Assembly (NCBI GenBank): GCA_965601665.1
Contig: OZ271833.1
Location: 562,205-626,204, forward strand
DNA length: 64,000 bases
Source: Gammaproteobacteria bacterium
GTDB taxonomy: Bacteria > Pseudomonadota > Gammaproteobacteria > Eutrophobiales > Eutrophobiaceae
Reading direction: 5' to 3'
In this document: positions 9,379 through 18,714 of the stretch, piece by piece
Layout of the letters: each line of letters opens with the position of its first letter
Position numbering within the stretch: the first letter of the stretch is position 1
Notes under the pieces: generated by a model
Databases searched by the model: none
What the model was told of the DNA's origin: nothing
What the model saw: only the letters and a program-made list of their open reading frames with translations
Position numbers and translations under genes: made by a program

Positions 9379-10100
9379 TGCAGCTCGCTTGCCTTGAGTT
9401 TGTGCTCATTGACCTGCTCCCTGATGACATGACCATCGCTCATCTCGATAACCCGGTCGGCCATATCGGCGATAACAGCATTATGGGTAATCACAACAGT
9501 GGTTGTGCCCAGTTCGCGGTTGGCACGGGCGATGACTTCCAGCACGGTTACGCCGGTCTGGCTGTCCAATGCACCAGTTGGTTCATCACATAACAACACA
9601 TCGGGTCGTTTGGCGATAGCGCGGGCAACGGCGACGCGTTGCTGTTCGCCCCCGGAAAGCTGGGCAGGAAAGTGGTTCAGTCGATCGCCAAGGCCTACCA
9701 GTGTCAACGCCTCTGCAGGTGACATAGGGTTCCTGGCGATCTCCGTTACCAGGGCGACGTTTTCGCGTGCAGTGAGGCTTGCAATCAGGTTGTAAAACTG
9801 AAAAATAAATCCGACATGATCACAACGATAGCGGGTGAGGGCCCTGTCATCGTATTCACTGAGATCGTGATCGAGATACCTTACTTCACCGCTGGTAGGT
9901 ACATCCAGGCCGCCAAGTATGTTTAGCAGGGTCGATTTGCCACTGCCCGAAGGACCCAGCAGCACGACGAGTTCTCCACTGTACAGCGCAAGATCAACAC
10001 CGCGCAAGGCATGCACTTCCACCTCGCCCATCTGGTATGTCTTGGTGATGTCTCGTGCCTGAAAAACACATTTCATTTGCGATTGCGCAGTGGCGGACAC
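9372..10100 (-). CDS. ABC transporter ATP-binding protein (YbbA/LolD/MacB-NBD-like)
   Basis: Walker [15 protein letters not shown], the ABC signature [14 protein letters not shown] and Walker [12 protein letters not shown] are all present. Confidence 0.9.
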   Translation of the reverse strand: MSATAQSQMKCVFQARDITKTYQMGEVEVHALRGVDLALYSGELVVLLGPSGSGKSTLLNILGGLDVPTSGEVRYLDHDLSEYDDRALTRYRCDHVGFIFQFYNLIASLTARENVALVTEIARNPMSPAEALTLVGLGDRLNHFPAQLSGGEQQRVAVARAIAKRPDVLLCDEPTGALDSQTGVTVLEVIARANRELGTTTVVITHNAVIADMADRVIEMSDGHVIREQVNEHKLKASELQW

Positions 10101-10437
10101 GATTTGCTCCTTGCCGGGGATTAATGAAATAAATGATATACACCGGCCAGTTATTCAATTTTGATCCCTATCAACAGAATAGCAGGTATTTTTAGGTGAA
10201 ATAGACCGCAATACATGGCAATCATTTAATTTGTAACGCGATACTTCAAATGAGCCGGGTGCTTGAACAATTACGCAGAAATATATTGGCGTGTATTGGT
10301 TAGGCTTGTGTGAAGATATTTCTAAATCCCAGGTCATAGGCTGATGAAAGTCATCCATGGCTTTCACCCTGCCATCGGCTGGCCACCTCAAGACATCTTT
10401 TCCTTTCAACAGATACGTATCAACAAACCCGTCGGAA

Positions 10438-12603
10438 TCATGCGGTTAAATCTGCCTTGCTCAGTGGTAGCGTACGAATGCGCTTGCCGGTAAGGGTAAA
10501 CAAGGCGTTGCACACGGCAGGTGCAATTGGTGGTGTGCCGACTTCACCGATGCCACCCATCTGGGCGCCGCTATTGATAATCGCCACATCAACCTCGGGC
10601 ATACTGCTCGCAGGCATGACCGGATAGGTATGAAAATTGGTGTTGGTCACACGGCCTTTTTCCATGGTGATTTCTTCGGCCAGTGCGGCAGAAAGTCCAT
10701 AGGCGATCGCGCTTTCCATCTGCATGGCAACAATACCGGGATTTACCGCGAAACCGCAGTCGACCACTGACCATACCTTGTGTACTTTTACTTGCGAACC
10801 TTGCAGGGAGACATCGGCTATTTGCCCAACGATACTGCCGAACGATTCATGCAGGGCCACGCCCATGGCATGTTGTTGCCCGTTCTTATTAAATACGTTC
10901 GGCGTCCAGTTTGCCATCCTGGCCACCTTCTTCAATACGGCAGCAAATCGCGGCGCATCCTTGAGCATGGAAAGGCGGTACTTGACCGGGTCGGCACCGG
11001 CCGCGTGGGCCAATTCATCCATGAATGATTCTTTAATAAAGCCGTTTACCGAATGAGCAACCGAACGCCAGTAGCCTATCGGTACCGGGCTGAGTGGCAC
11101 ATGGACGATATCCAGCTGTTTATTGCCAACATGGTACGGCTGTTTTTCTATCCCCTCGATGATCGTGACATCGATTTTTGGATCCTGCAGGAATTCCGGG
11201 TTTAACCGTCCCATGGGCCCTTCGCCGGCATTGGTCACGTGCATGGCAACGGTGTTACCGTCCTTATCAAGCCCTGCCCGATAACGCGCTGCGGTCAGCG
11301 GTCGATAGAAATCATGTTGTGTATCCTCTTCACGGGTCCAGACAACCTTGATGGGCGTCCCCTTGTGTAAGTTGGCCAGCGTGACTGCCTGGGCAACATA
11401 GTCCATCAGGAAGCGACGCCCAAAACCTCCGCCCAGGAACGGTGTTTTTACTTCTATCTGATCCAGTGCCAGTCCGGTTATCGCCGCTGCCGTGCCGGCA
11501 ACGAAATCGGCACCCTGGTTAGGCGCCCAGACGGTACACTGTTTGCCGGTTACCACGGCCGTACAGTTCATCGGTTCAAGCGTGGCATGGGCAAGGAACG
11601 GGACATGGTAGTCAGCCGTGATGGTTTTCTCGGCACTTGCCAGTGCTGTTTTCACGTCGCCTTCTTTTTCCGCAGTGATACCGGGTTTATCCAGGCTGGA
11701 TAACAGTGTCTGCAGGTAACCTGCAGATGAAAAATTAGCGTTGGCACCTTCATCGAAAGTGACATTTAATGCCTCGACCGCTTTTTTAGCATGCCAGAAG
11801 TTATCGGCAATCACGGCGACCCCGTCGGGTATTGGATCCACCCATTTGACGCCCGGCATGGAGAGCACAGAATTCGCGTCAAACGATTTTACCTTGCCAC
11901 CGAAGACAGGAGATTGCCTGACCGCGGCCACCAGCATGCCGTCGACCTGTGTATCGATACCAAAGTCGGCAGTGCCGGTTGCCTTGGCGAGGCTGTCAGT
12001 ACGCTTGACCGGTTTGCCTATCAGGCGGAAGTCTTCCGGCTTTTTCAACGGTACGTTTTCCGGCACGGGTTGTTGTGCGGCGAGTGACGCGAGTTCGCCA
12101 TAGCTAATGGATTTTCCCGTCTTGCTGTTCACAACCATGCCGGGTTTGGTGTTACAGTCGGTTGGTTTCAACTGCCATTTCTCTGCTGCGGCATTGATCA
12201 ACATGGCCCTGGCCGTGGCGCCAGCGCGACGCATGGTGTCGTAAGACGAGCGGACACTCAAACTGCCACCCGTAAAGCGGACCGTGTTGTTGAACATGAT
12301 CTTGTAATCATCACCATGCGGGGCCTGTTCAATCGTCATACTCTCGATGTCGACATCCAGTTCCTCTGCCACTATCGCCGGTATCGATGTGTAGGTGCCC
12401 TGGCCCATCTCGATAAACGGGTTAAAAAAGGTAACCGAGTTGTCGGTATCGATGACTATAAACGCATTGAGCATCGCATTGTCTTGCGATGCCTGTGCAA
12501 GTTTCATCTTGCCCACCGGCAAGTACATGCCCATGACGAAGGCGCCAGCGCTGAGCCCAAGGAATTCACGTCGTGATACGGTCAGTTTGTCCTGATTACT
12601 CAT
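10438..12603 (-). CDS. molybdopterin-binding large subunit of an Ior/aldehyde-oxidase-type xanthine-dehydrogenase-family enzyme, Tat-exported
   Basis: A twin-arginine leader (SRREFLGLSAGAFVMG) is followed by aldehyde oxidase/xanthine dehydrogenase a/b hammerhead and MoCo-binding domains (…GGGFGRR…). Length is 721 aa. Confidence 0.85.
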   Translation of the reverse strand: MSNQDKLTVSRREFLGLSAGAFVMGMYLPVGKMKLAQASQDNAMLNAFIVIDTDNSVTFFNPFIEMGQGTYTSIPAIVAEELDVDIESMTIEQAPHGDDYKIMFNNTVRFTGGSLSVRSSYDTMRRAGATARAMLINAAAEKWQLKPTDCNTKPGMVVNSKTGKSISYGELASLAAQQPVPENVPLKKPEDFRLIGKPVKRTDSLAKATGTADFGIDTQVDGMLVAAVRQSPVFGGKVKSFDANSVLSMPGVKWVDPIPDGVAVIADNFWHAKKAVEALNVTFDEGANANFSSAGYLQTLLSSLDKPGITAEKEGDVKTALASAEKTITADYHVPFLAHATLEPMNCTAVVTGKQCTVWAPNQGADFVAGTAAAITGLALDQIEVKTPFLGGGFGRRFLMDYVAQAVTLANLHKGTPIKVVWTREEDTQHDFYRPLTAARYRAGLDKDGNTVAMHVTNAGEGPMGRLNPEFLQDPKIDVTIIEGIEKQPYHVGNKQLDIVHVPLSPVPIGYWRSVAHSVNGFIKESFMDELAHAAGADPVKYRLSMLKDAPRFAAVLKKVARMANWTPNVFNKNGQQHAMGVALHESFGSIVGQIADVSLQGSQVKVHKVWSVVDCGFAVNPGIVAMQMESAIAYGLSAALAEEITMEKGRVTNTNFHTYPVMPASSMPEVDVAIINSGAQMGGIGEVGTPPIAPAVCNALFTLTGKRIRTLPLSKADLTA

Positions 12604-13064
12604 GACTTACCTCCTTTCAGCGCTGCGGCTTTTTTTATAGCCGCCTGGATTTGCAGGTAAGTGCCACATCGACAGAGGTTAGTAATACCGTTCTTTATTT
12701 CTTCGTCAGTGGGTGTTGGATTGTTTTCCAGGAAAGCGGCGGCGGCCATGATTTGTCCTGACTGACAATAACCACACTGCGGCACATCAGACTCAGCCCA
12801 GGCCTTTTGTACCGGGTGTGGTTTTTCAGGCGTACCAAGACCTTCTATCGTTGTGATTGCCTTGCCCTTGGCCATGGAGACCGGCGTGATGCAGGAACGC
12901 ATGACGTTACCATCGACATGTATTGAGCAGGCCCCGCAGAGTCCCATGCCGCAGCCAAACTTTGTGCCGGTATAACCAATGACATCGCGAATCACCCAGA
13001 GCAGGGGCATGTCGTCTTCAACATCCACCTCGAGTTTTTTTCCATTTACGTTTAATGTCATCAT
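12600..13064 (-). CDS. (2Fe-2S)-binding small subunit of the molybdo-hydroxylase
   Basis: It has two 2Fe-2S clusters: the plant-type CGMGLCGACSIHV and a second C…C cluster (CGYCQSG…CRCG). It overlaps the large-subunit gene by an ATGA. Confidence 0.85.
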   Translation of the reverse strand: MMTLNVNGKKLEVDVEDDMPLLWVIRDVIGYTGTKFGCGMGLCGACSIHVDGNVMRSCITPVSMAKGKAITTIEGLGTPEKPHPVQKAWAESDVPQCGYCQSGQIMAAAAFLENNPTPTDEEIKNGITNLCRCGTYLQIQAAIKKAAALKGGKS

Positions 13065-13094
13065 GTCATTTACCTCGATTCATTGAATTAAATG

Positions 13095-14786
13095 CTAGGC
13101 TGAAATCGCCATAAAGTTGCGGTACTCCGCATCGGTATCCAGATCGATAGCGGCTTCAGGTATCGATACGGTTTTTACCTTTGTCTTGTCTTTAAAAAAG
13201 TGTTTTGCACCTTGGTCACCATGTAGTCGCATCAGCAACTCGAAATCGATATCAGGAAAAATGGCAGGTACACCGATGGACGACTCGTAATGACTGGCCA
13301 CGCGATAACCAGGTTCATGCCTCCATGCAGAGACAAGCTTCTCAAGCGCATGGCTGGTGATTAACGGCTGGTCTGCAAGGACAACCATGGCAGCCGTAGC
13401 GGATTCTGGCAATGAACTGATGCCCGTACGGATAGAGCTTGCCAGACCTTCACTCCAGTCAGGGTTATAAACAATGTGTTGTTCATAACCGTTTAGTGCC
13501 TGTCGTATTGCTTTGTCATTTGCGCCCAGGATTATTTTGAACCTGTCCTGGAAGACCTGTTGCAGTTGTTCACAGGTATGCAGGATAAGTGGTTTGCCAC
13601 GAAACTCGAGTAGCTGTTTGGGCTGGCCCATACGGCTGGAATCGCCTGCGGCAAGCAATATCGCATGGCATTGACCACGTTCCACGTTTGCATGAACCTG
13701 GACAGGACGATCATCCAGCATGCCACCAGTTCGGCCTGCGCACACGGCCTGTATCTCGGCCAGGATCGATAACGCAATTTCATCCGGTGTTTTTGAGCCG
13801 ATGTCCAGTCCGACTGGTCCGTGACTTCTATTTCTAACTGATGCCGCCAGGTCCCCTATGGCATTATATATCTGGTCACGACGGTGCGCAGGGCCAAGTA
13901 AACCAATGTACGGTATCGTTGAATGTGCCAACTCTTTAACGTAACGAATATCGTAATCAATGCTATGCGTCATCAACACCATGGCATCGTAGCGATGTAA
14001 CGGCAGGTCGCTGCTGATACTCTCGGGTCTGACTTTGACCAGTTGCACGTGTTCCGGGAAACGTGATCGAACAAGGTAGGCTGGCCGATGATCGGCAACA
14101 GTGATGTCCCAACGTAATTGCGTCGCCATGTTGACCAGCGGGATCGCATCGGGTCCCGCACCAAGCAGTAACAGGTGTTTGGCTGGCAAAATCCGTTCAC
14201 AATAAAATGTCACCGATGATCCTTCGACAGAGGCGGTGTCATAAATGATTCGTTGCTGTGTGATTCTGTCGGCAAAAAGATTGATTAATTCAACAAGAGC
14301 CCGGTTTTCATGCTGAAACCGGATAGCCGGGTTCCAGGTCACGGTGGTACCCGCAGGCAAACCATCGTGCTCGCTATCGATAACAGAACAAAGCATGAGT
14401 GCTTCGCCCGCTGCAGCTGCATCAGCTAACTCGGAAATCGGTGTATAGCCGGCGTTTTTATCCAGGGATTGCAGAAAAATACGAACGGCACCATTACAGC
14501 CAAGTCCCAGCCCCCAGATAACATCGTCTGGCGAACGCATATCGTAAAACAGTGTTTTTGATTTGCCGGTCTTGAAGACCTCGCCGGCCTGTTCAATAAG
14601 GTCACCCTCAAAACAGCCACCGGCAAGAATGCCGCTGTAGGATTTATTTGAGGACACAATCATACGCGCCCCCGCCTTTTGATAACTCGAACCCGTGGTT
14701 TCGATGATGGTGGCAAGAACAGTTTTTTCGCCTAGTTGACTTTGTTGATTACAAAAGCGAACGAAGTCACTGAATATACTGGACAT
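13095..14786 (-). CDS. XdhC/CoxI-family maturation factor fused to a MocA-like molybdenum-cofactor cytidylyltransferase
   Basis: The N-terminus has the XdhC_CoxI and XdhC Rossmann domains (LLLLGAGPDAIPLV). The C-terminus has the nucleotidyltransferase motif AILLAAGDSSRMGQPKQLL, as in MobA/MocA. Confidence 0.7.
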   Translation of the reverse strand: MSSIFSDFVRFCNQQSQLGEKTVLATIIETTGSSYQKAGARMIVSSNKSYSGILAGGCFEGDLIEQAGEVFKTGKSKTLFYDMRSPDDVIWGLGLGCNGAVRIFLQSLDKNAGYTPISELADAAAAGEALMLCSVIDSEHDGLPAGTTVTWNPAIRFQHENRALVELINLFADRITQQRIIYDTASVEGSSVTFYCERILPAKHLLLLGAGPDAIPLVNMATQLRWDITVADHRPAYLVRSRFPEHVQLVKVRPESISSDLPLHRYDAMVLMTHSIDYDIRYVKELAHSTIPYIGLLGPAHRRDQIYNAIGDLAASVRNRSHGPVGLDIGSKTPDEIALSILAEIQAVCAGRTGGMLDDRPVQVHANVERGQCHAILLAAGDSSRMGQPKQLLEFRGKPLILHTCEQLQQVFQDRFKIILGANDKAIRQALNGYEQHIVYNPDWSEGLASSIRTGISSLPESATAAMVVLADQPLITSHALEKLVSAWRHEPGYRVASHYESSIGVPAIFPDIDFELLMRLHGDQGAKHFFKDKTKVKTVSIPEAAIDLDTDAEYRNFMAISA

Positions 14787-15072
14787 AAATCAGTTGCAAT
14801 CCTGAAGAAGTACGGAAACCTTAAATCTACAAAGTTCTGATCATACGTGAACTAATAATCTAATCCATTAGTAGTTTCGCAGTTTTACATAACTGCAATA
14901 TTACAGTCAGGATAGATAATGAAATGAATAGTACCAGTATCTTTTTTGAAAAGGTTTATTGAATATATCAAGGTATATGTTTTAAAGCAGGCAGATGATA
15001 TGACACTGCCTTATCAAGAAAAATAGTATTGCCTTAATGAAAGGCCGTTTCTTTTAGATTTGATTATACAAT

Positions 15073-15552
15073 TTAAATTCTCAAAACAGCTTGGCTGGAT
15101 GAAGAACAACCGGAGAGCACCAATTCCAATGGGCTGGTATGTATAGAAAACGGGGCAACCATGATTAACGCGTTTAATCCAAGAATGTTACGACCGGAAC
15201 TATTCATCACGGCAACTTCCATTTCACCCAAGTTGCAGTTATCGCCAATACTAAACGACTCGACTTTATAAAGCGGCATCGTTTCCAGACTACTATTGGC
15301 AAGTCTTGCCACAACTTCGCCTACTTGTTCAACTTTGCCCGCACGTGATATTTCTTCAAACAAGTGGCGATTCAACGTGATAATGCCGGCGCCTGTATCC
15401 ACCATAAATTGCGAGTGCACGCTGGAATTGATCACAGCATCTACATAAAGATTTCCTGATTGCGATTTATCCATCGGCACATACACATCTTCAGCACTGC
15501 TGGATGCACATATGAACAATGACAGTAGGAAAAACAGGTATCTTATTTTCAT
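15073..15552 (-). CDS. secreted retropepsin-like (clan AA) aspartic protease
   Basis: A signal peptide (MKIRYLFFLLSLFICASSSA) is followed by the catalytic triad motif FMVDTGAG. The size and layout match the bacterial TIGR02281-type retropepsins. Confidence 0.6.
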   Translation of the reverse strand: MKIRYLFFLLSLFICASSSAEDVYVPMDKSQSGNLYVDAVINSSVHSQFMVDTGAGIITLNRHLFEEISRAGKVEQVGEVVARLANSSLETMPLYKVESFSIGDNCNLGEMEVAVMNSSGRNILGLNALIMVAPFSIHTSPLELVLSGCSSSSQAVLRI

Positions 15553-16082
15553 TTAGAGCTTTGGTGATCAACTATCGTTTTTATTCAAGGCAGAAAGCAT
15601 AAAACTTGCCATGTCTCATTGTTTTATAAGCAACTGATTTCAAGTGTTTATTTAGAATTCCTTGTGAAGGAAAAGAAAGGGTATGCACAGAAATGAAGTT
15701 TGAACGGTATTTTTTGCACAATAGCCGTGCAAAATTATTATGATTAATGGAAGGCGATCGGTTACTACTTGCCAATCCTTGATGTTATTAATGACACAGA
15801 AACGGGATGTCAACATTGAGCAAACGGGCGACACGAATTGCGCCCGATTGCCATTCTGATATGTGCACCATTTCGCATCAAGAACACGCCTTTCCATGCA
15901 CTAAAATTAAACAAAGAGAGATGTGCAGCGCAGCATTATTACCATCAATAAAACGATTAAGTATCATCAAGTTAATTCAATCATCTTTAGTAAACTATTT
16001 GTGTGTTTTTCGTCTAATATACGTGATGAATACTGACTAACAATAATTATTAGCAACACTTTAAGAGCACGAGGTAAAGATA

Positions 16083-16346
16083 ATGAAACTTACTGAAAAT
16101 GTAATTTTAACGCTGGCGTTGTCCGCGTTATCTTTAACAGCATTTGCCTATGACGATCCGCAAACAGATTATGATTCTTTATACACAACGGAATCAGACG
16201 CTGACCAAAATAATCGAGAAGTTGTAGACATAAGCGTTGTTGAAATCGTATCGCGGTCTAACAAGACAAGTGAGCGTATTGTTGATCCGCAAACGGACTA
16301 CGATAGTGTTTACATGACCGATTACCTGGAAAGCCTCGAACAATGA
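16083..16346 (+). CDS. small secreted protein with an internal tandem repeat (DPQTDYDSLY… / DPQTDYDSVY…)
   Basis: It has a signal peptide, a GAGGT RBS about 9 nt upstream, two copies of a roughly 30-aa repeat, and a strong terminator immediately downstream. Confidence 0.4.
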   Translation: MKLTENVILTLALSALSLTAFAYDDPQTDYDSLYTTESDADQNNREVVDISVVEIVSRSNKTSERIVDPQTDYDSVYMTDYLESLEQ

Positions 16347-16374
16347 GTTCGTGCATGCCTCCAGAAAACATCAA

Positions 16375-16401
16375 TGCCCCATAAGCGGGGCATTTTTTTT
16401 T
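16375..16401 (+). terminator. rho-independent terminator
   Basis: The hairpin GCCCC-ATAA-GCGGGGC is followed by a T9 run. Confidence 0.65.
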
Positions 16402-16639
16402 GGCATGATAACGGGCATGGAAAAAGCATGTTGATTAACTGGCCCGAAGATACGCAATCTGGTATTGGATTGATACAAGTGATCCATGGCTTTAGGTTTT
16501 CATGCGGCTGCTGGCAGGCCAGGTTGTTCAAGACAAACTGATTGAACCAGTGCTGTCCGGCATTTCCTTTATTTACCAGTACTATCTAAGTTAAGGTATG
16601 ACACCAATACACTTTTTCTACTTACTCTTTATTAAGGCA

Positions 16640-17158
16640 ATGATGATTAACCACATCAAAAATACAACTTTCGCACTATTACTATTTACTATCACCGTAG
16701 GTTTTATAACCCCTGCGGTTATCGCCCAGGAAGAGCCCCCGGCGGTCGGAGAACATGGTGATGCCAGTGAACGGCTAGTCACGATTATGCGCAGCTTGTT
16801 CCAGGCGGTTCGTGAAGAAGACATGGTGCACGAGGAGAATATTCCAGGCTATAAAGCGATCACGTCTGAACAAATGAACAGCTTGATCGAATCTGTCGAG
16901 CAGTTGGTTGTGTATTCCAGGGCCATGGCTGCCCAGCCACCCGTTTCGGAACTGGCAGAAAATGATGCCGTGATTTTTAGCGCTATGGCACAGCGCCTTG
17001 ATGATGAAGTCGTGACCTTGAGGCAGTTGGCAACGAACTATGATTTTCGGGTTGCTGTTTCGGCACAACAGCGTCTGTTTAATGAATCATATCGAAGATT
17101 AAATCGAACCTGTGCTGCCTGTCATCAACTGTTCCGCGATACGTTACCACAGGGGTAA
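16640..17158 (+). CDS. cytochrome c'-like (class II c-type cytochrome) periplasmic protein
   Basis: It has a signal peptide, a mostly helical acidic body and a single C-terminal CXXCH heme motif (CAACHQ), which is the class II arrangement. The start was chosen at the internal Met (MMINH…); the ORF track extends to 16598. Confidence 0.55.
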   Translation: MMINHIKNTTFALLLFTITVGFITPAVIAQEEPPAVGEHGDASERLVTIMRSLFQAVREEDMVHEENIPGYKAITSEQMNSLIESVEQLVVYSRAMAAQPPVSELAENDAVIFSAMAQRLDDEVVTLRQLATNYDFRVAVSAQQRLFNESYRRLNRTCAACHQLFRDTLPQG

Positions 17159-17301
17159 GTGAGAGAAGCACGGAATAATGAGGATTTGAATCGAACGTGG
17201 TTGCGCCAGTCAGCCATGCACCAATCATGATTGTTGGCGAATTACGCGTTTACACTTCAGTCAAGATTTTGTTCTATTTAATAGAGTCCGATATAACTCA
17301 T

Positions 17302-17988
17302 TCAAAAGTTTGTGAGCATGCCAAGGAAGAGTATGTGATTCATAACATCTGCAGCGCCGCCTTGTCCATTGATGTACTGGTTCTGGTAACCGGTATCAAA
17401 GGCCAGCATTTTCGATACCCGATAATTGATACCAAGAAATAATCGGTTTTGATTAAACCCTGACTGTGGCCCACCGTCGCTATCGTTGACATGAATAAAG
17501 ACTTCCTCGTTGACAGCGAGTGATAGTCTATCGTGAATGTTTGTTAATGGGTAAGTGAAACGCCCAAAATAGCGTACACGTAGCGATGTATCATCCACAC
17601 CCTCCAGGAACCGTTGTTCAAATCGAACGCGATGTACTAATTTTGCATTGTTGAAAGATTGACTGGCCAGTAATTCCTGGAAAGAACGATGCTCAACCCG
17701 TTTGCGATCGTACGTCGGGATTAGTCCATAGCCCTGGTACAAACCGATGTTCGGTGTAATTTGATAGCCTAGTGCGCCACGCATTAATAAGGTGTCGATA
17801 CTGCCATCGTTACCGCCCTGGATATCGTTTACAGTAAAACGCGGTTGTAAATCAACGAACGCGCGATAATGCTCCGCAAACTGAAAACGACTTAAAGACA
17901 TAAACCAGGTGCTGGTACGAGTTTCGGTCTCGGCTTGTACACCTGTTGAAACTATCAGTAATGTGAACACAATCTTCCTGCTTAACAC
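17302..17988 (-). CDS. DUF2490-family outer-membrane-associated protein
   Basis: It has a signal peptide and a β-rich sequence with alternating aromatic residues, and ends in an aromatic residue (…LGMLTNF). The family assignment is from memory of DUF2490 and is moderate. Confidence 0.5.
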   Translation of the reverse strand: MLSRKIVFTLLIVSTGVQAETETRTSTWFMSLSRFQFAEHYRAFVDLQPRFTVNDIQGGNDGSIDTLLMRGALGYQITPNIGLYQGYGLIPTYDRKRVEHRSFQELLASQSFNNAKLVHRVRFEQRFLEGVDDTSLRVRYFGRFTYPLTNIHDRLSLAVNEEVFIHVNDSDGGPQSGFNQNRLFLGINYRVSKMLAFDTGYQNQYINGQGGAADVMNHILFLGMLTNF

Positions 17989-18001
17989 TTTATATCTCCT
18001 G

Positions 18002-18628
18002 TTATTTGTAAAGAGTCAGGAACTGGCTGGTTGTTTTTTCCACGTGTTGAATGAAGTCCTTCTTGCTCATCTTTATGGGTAAATTCATCATGCTGCGCAT
18101 TAGCATTTCACCTGCGACCATATACATATACTGGCTTGCCGCCTGCCTCGTGTTATCAATATGAAGGCGTTTACTGTCAACCTGGCCCTGTAGAAAACGT
18201 GAAATTGTATCCAGCGTCTTTTGTGGCCCATTTTTATAGAACAGCTCTGCCATATCGTGATGTCGCATACTTTCGCCTACGACGACACGATGCATGTTAA
18301 TCACGTCATCATCGTTGAGTAATTCATACAAGCGCATGGCTATCTGAACCAGTCCCTCACGCGGGTCATCAGGAACAGTGTGATCATCATCGAACACGTA
18401 CGATTCAACCTTATTCTTGATGACGTTCTGAAACAGGTCTTCCTTGCCTTTAAAGTGGGAGTACACCGTGGCCTTTGAGACACCGGCCATTTCGGCTATC
18501 GAATCAATTGATGCTGCTTCGTAACCCTTGGTCAGGAACTCACAACCCGCTGCATACAGCATCGCACTGCGCTTCTCCTCACTCTTCGGCCTGCCGGTCG
18601 CCACTTTTTTCGAAATCTTACTTGACAT
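18002..18628 (-). CDS. TetR/AcrR-family transcriptional repressor
   Basis: It has the TetR N-terminal HTH (ASIDSIAEMAGVSKATVYSHFKGKEDLF). It is divergent from the RND efflux operon. Confidence 0.85.
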   Translation of the reverse strand: MSSKISKKVATGRPKSEEKRSAMLYAAGCEFLTKGYEAASIDSIAEMAGVSKATVYSHFKGKEDLFQNVIKNKVESYVFDDDHTVPDDPREGLVQIAMRLYELLNDDDVINMHRVVVGESMRHHDMAELFYKNGPQKTLDTISRFLQGQVDSKRLHIDNTRQAASQYMYMVAGEMLMRSMMNLPIKMSKKDFIQHVEKTTSQFLTLYK

Positions 18629-18714
18629 ACTAAACCGTTCAGTTTACTTTTTAGATACTATACTGAACAGTCTAGTATTTATATGTTGTTAATGCAACCC
18701 GCAAGGACAGAAAA

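Noticed and set aside
10155-10409. 84-aa ORF on the minus strand in the gap between the Mo-enzyme operon and the ABC operon
   Set aside because: It has no RBS or motif. It lies in the promoter and terminator region between two operons, and its composition looks non-coding. It is probably spurious.
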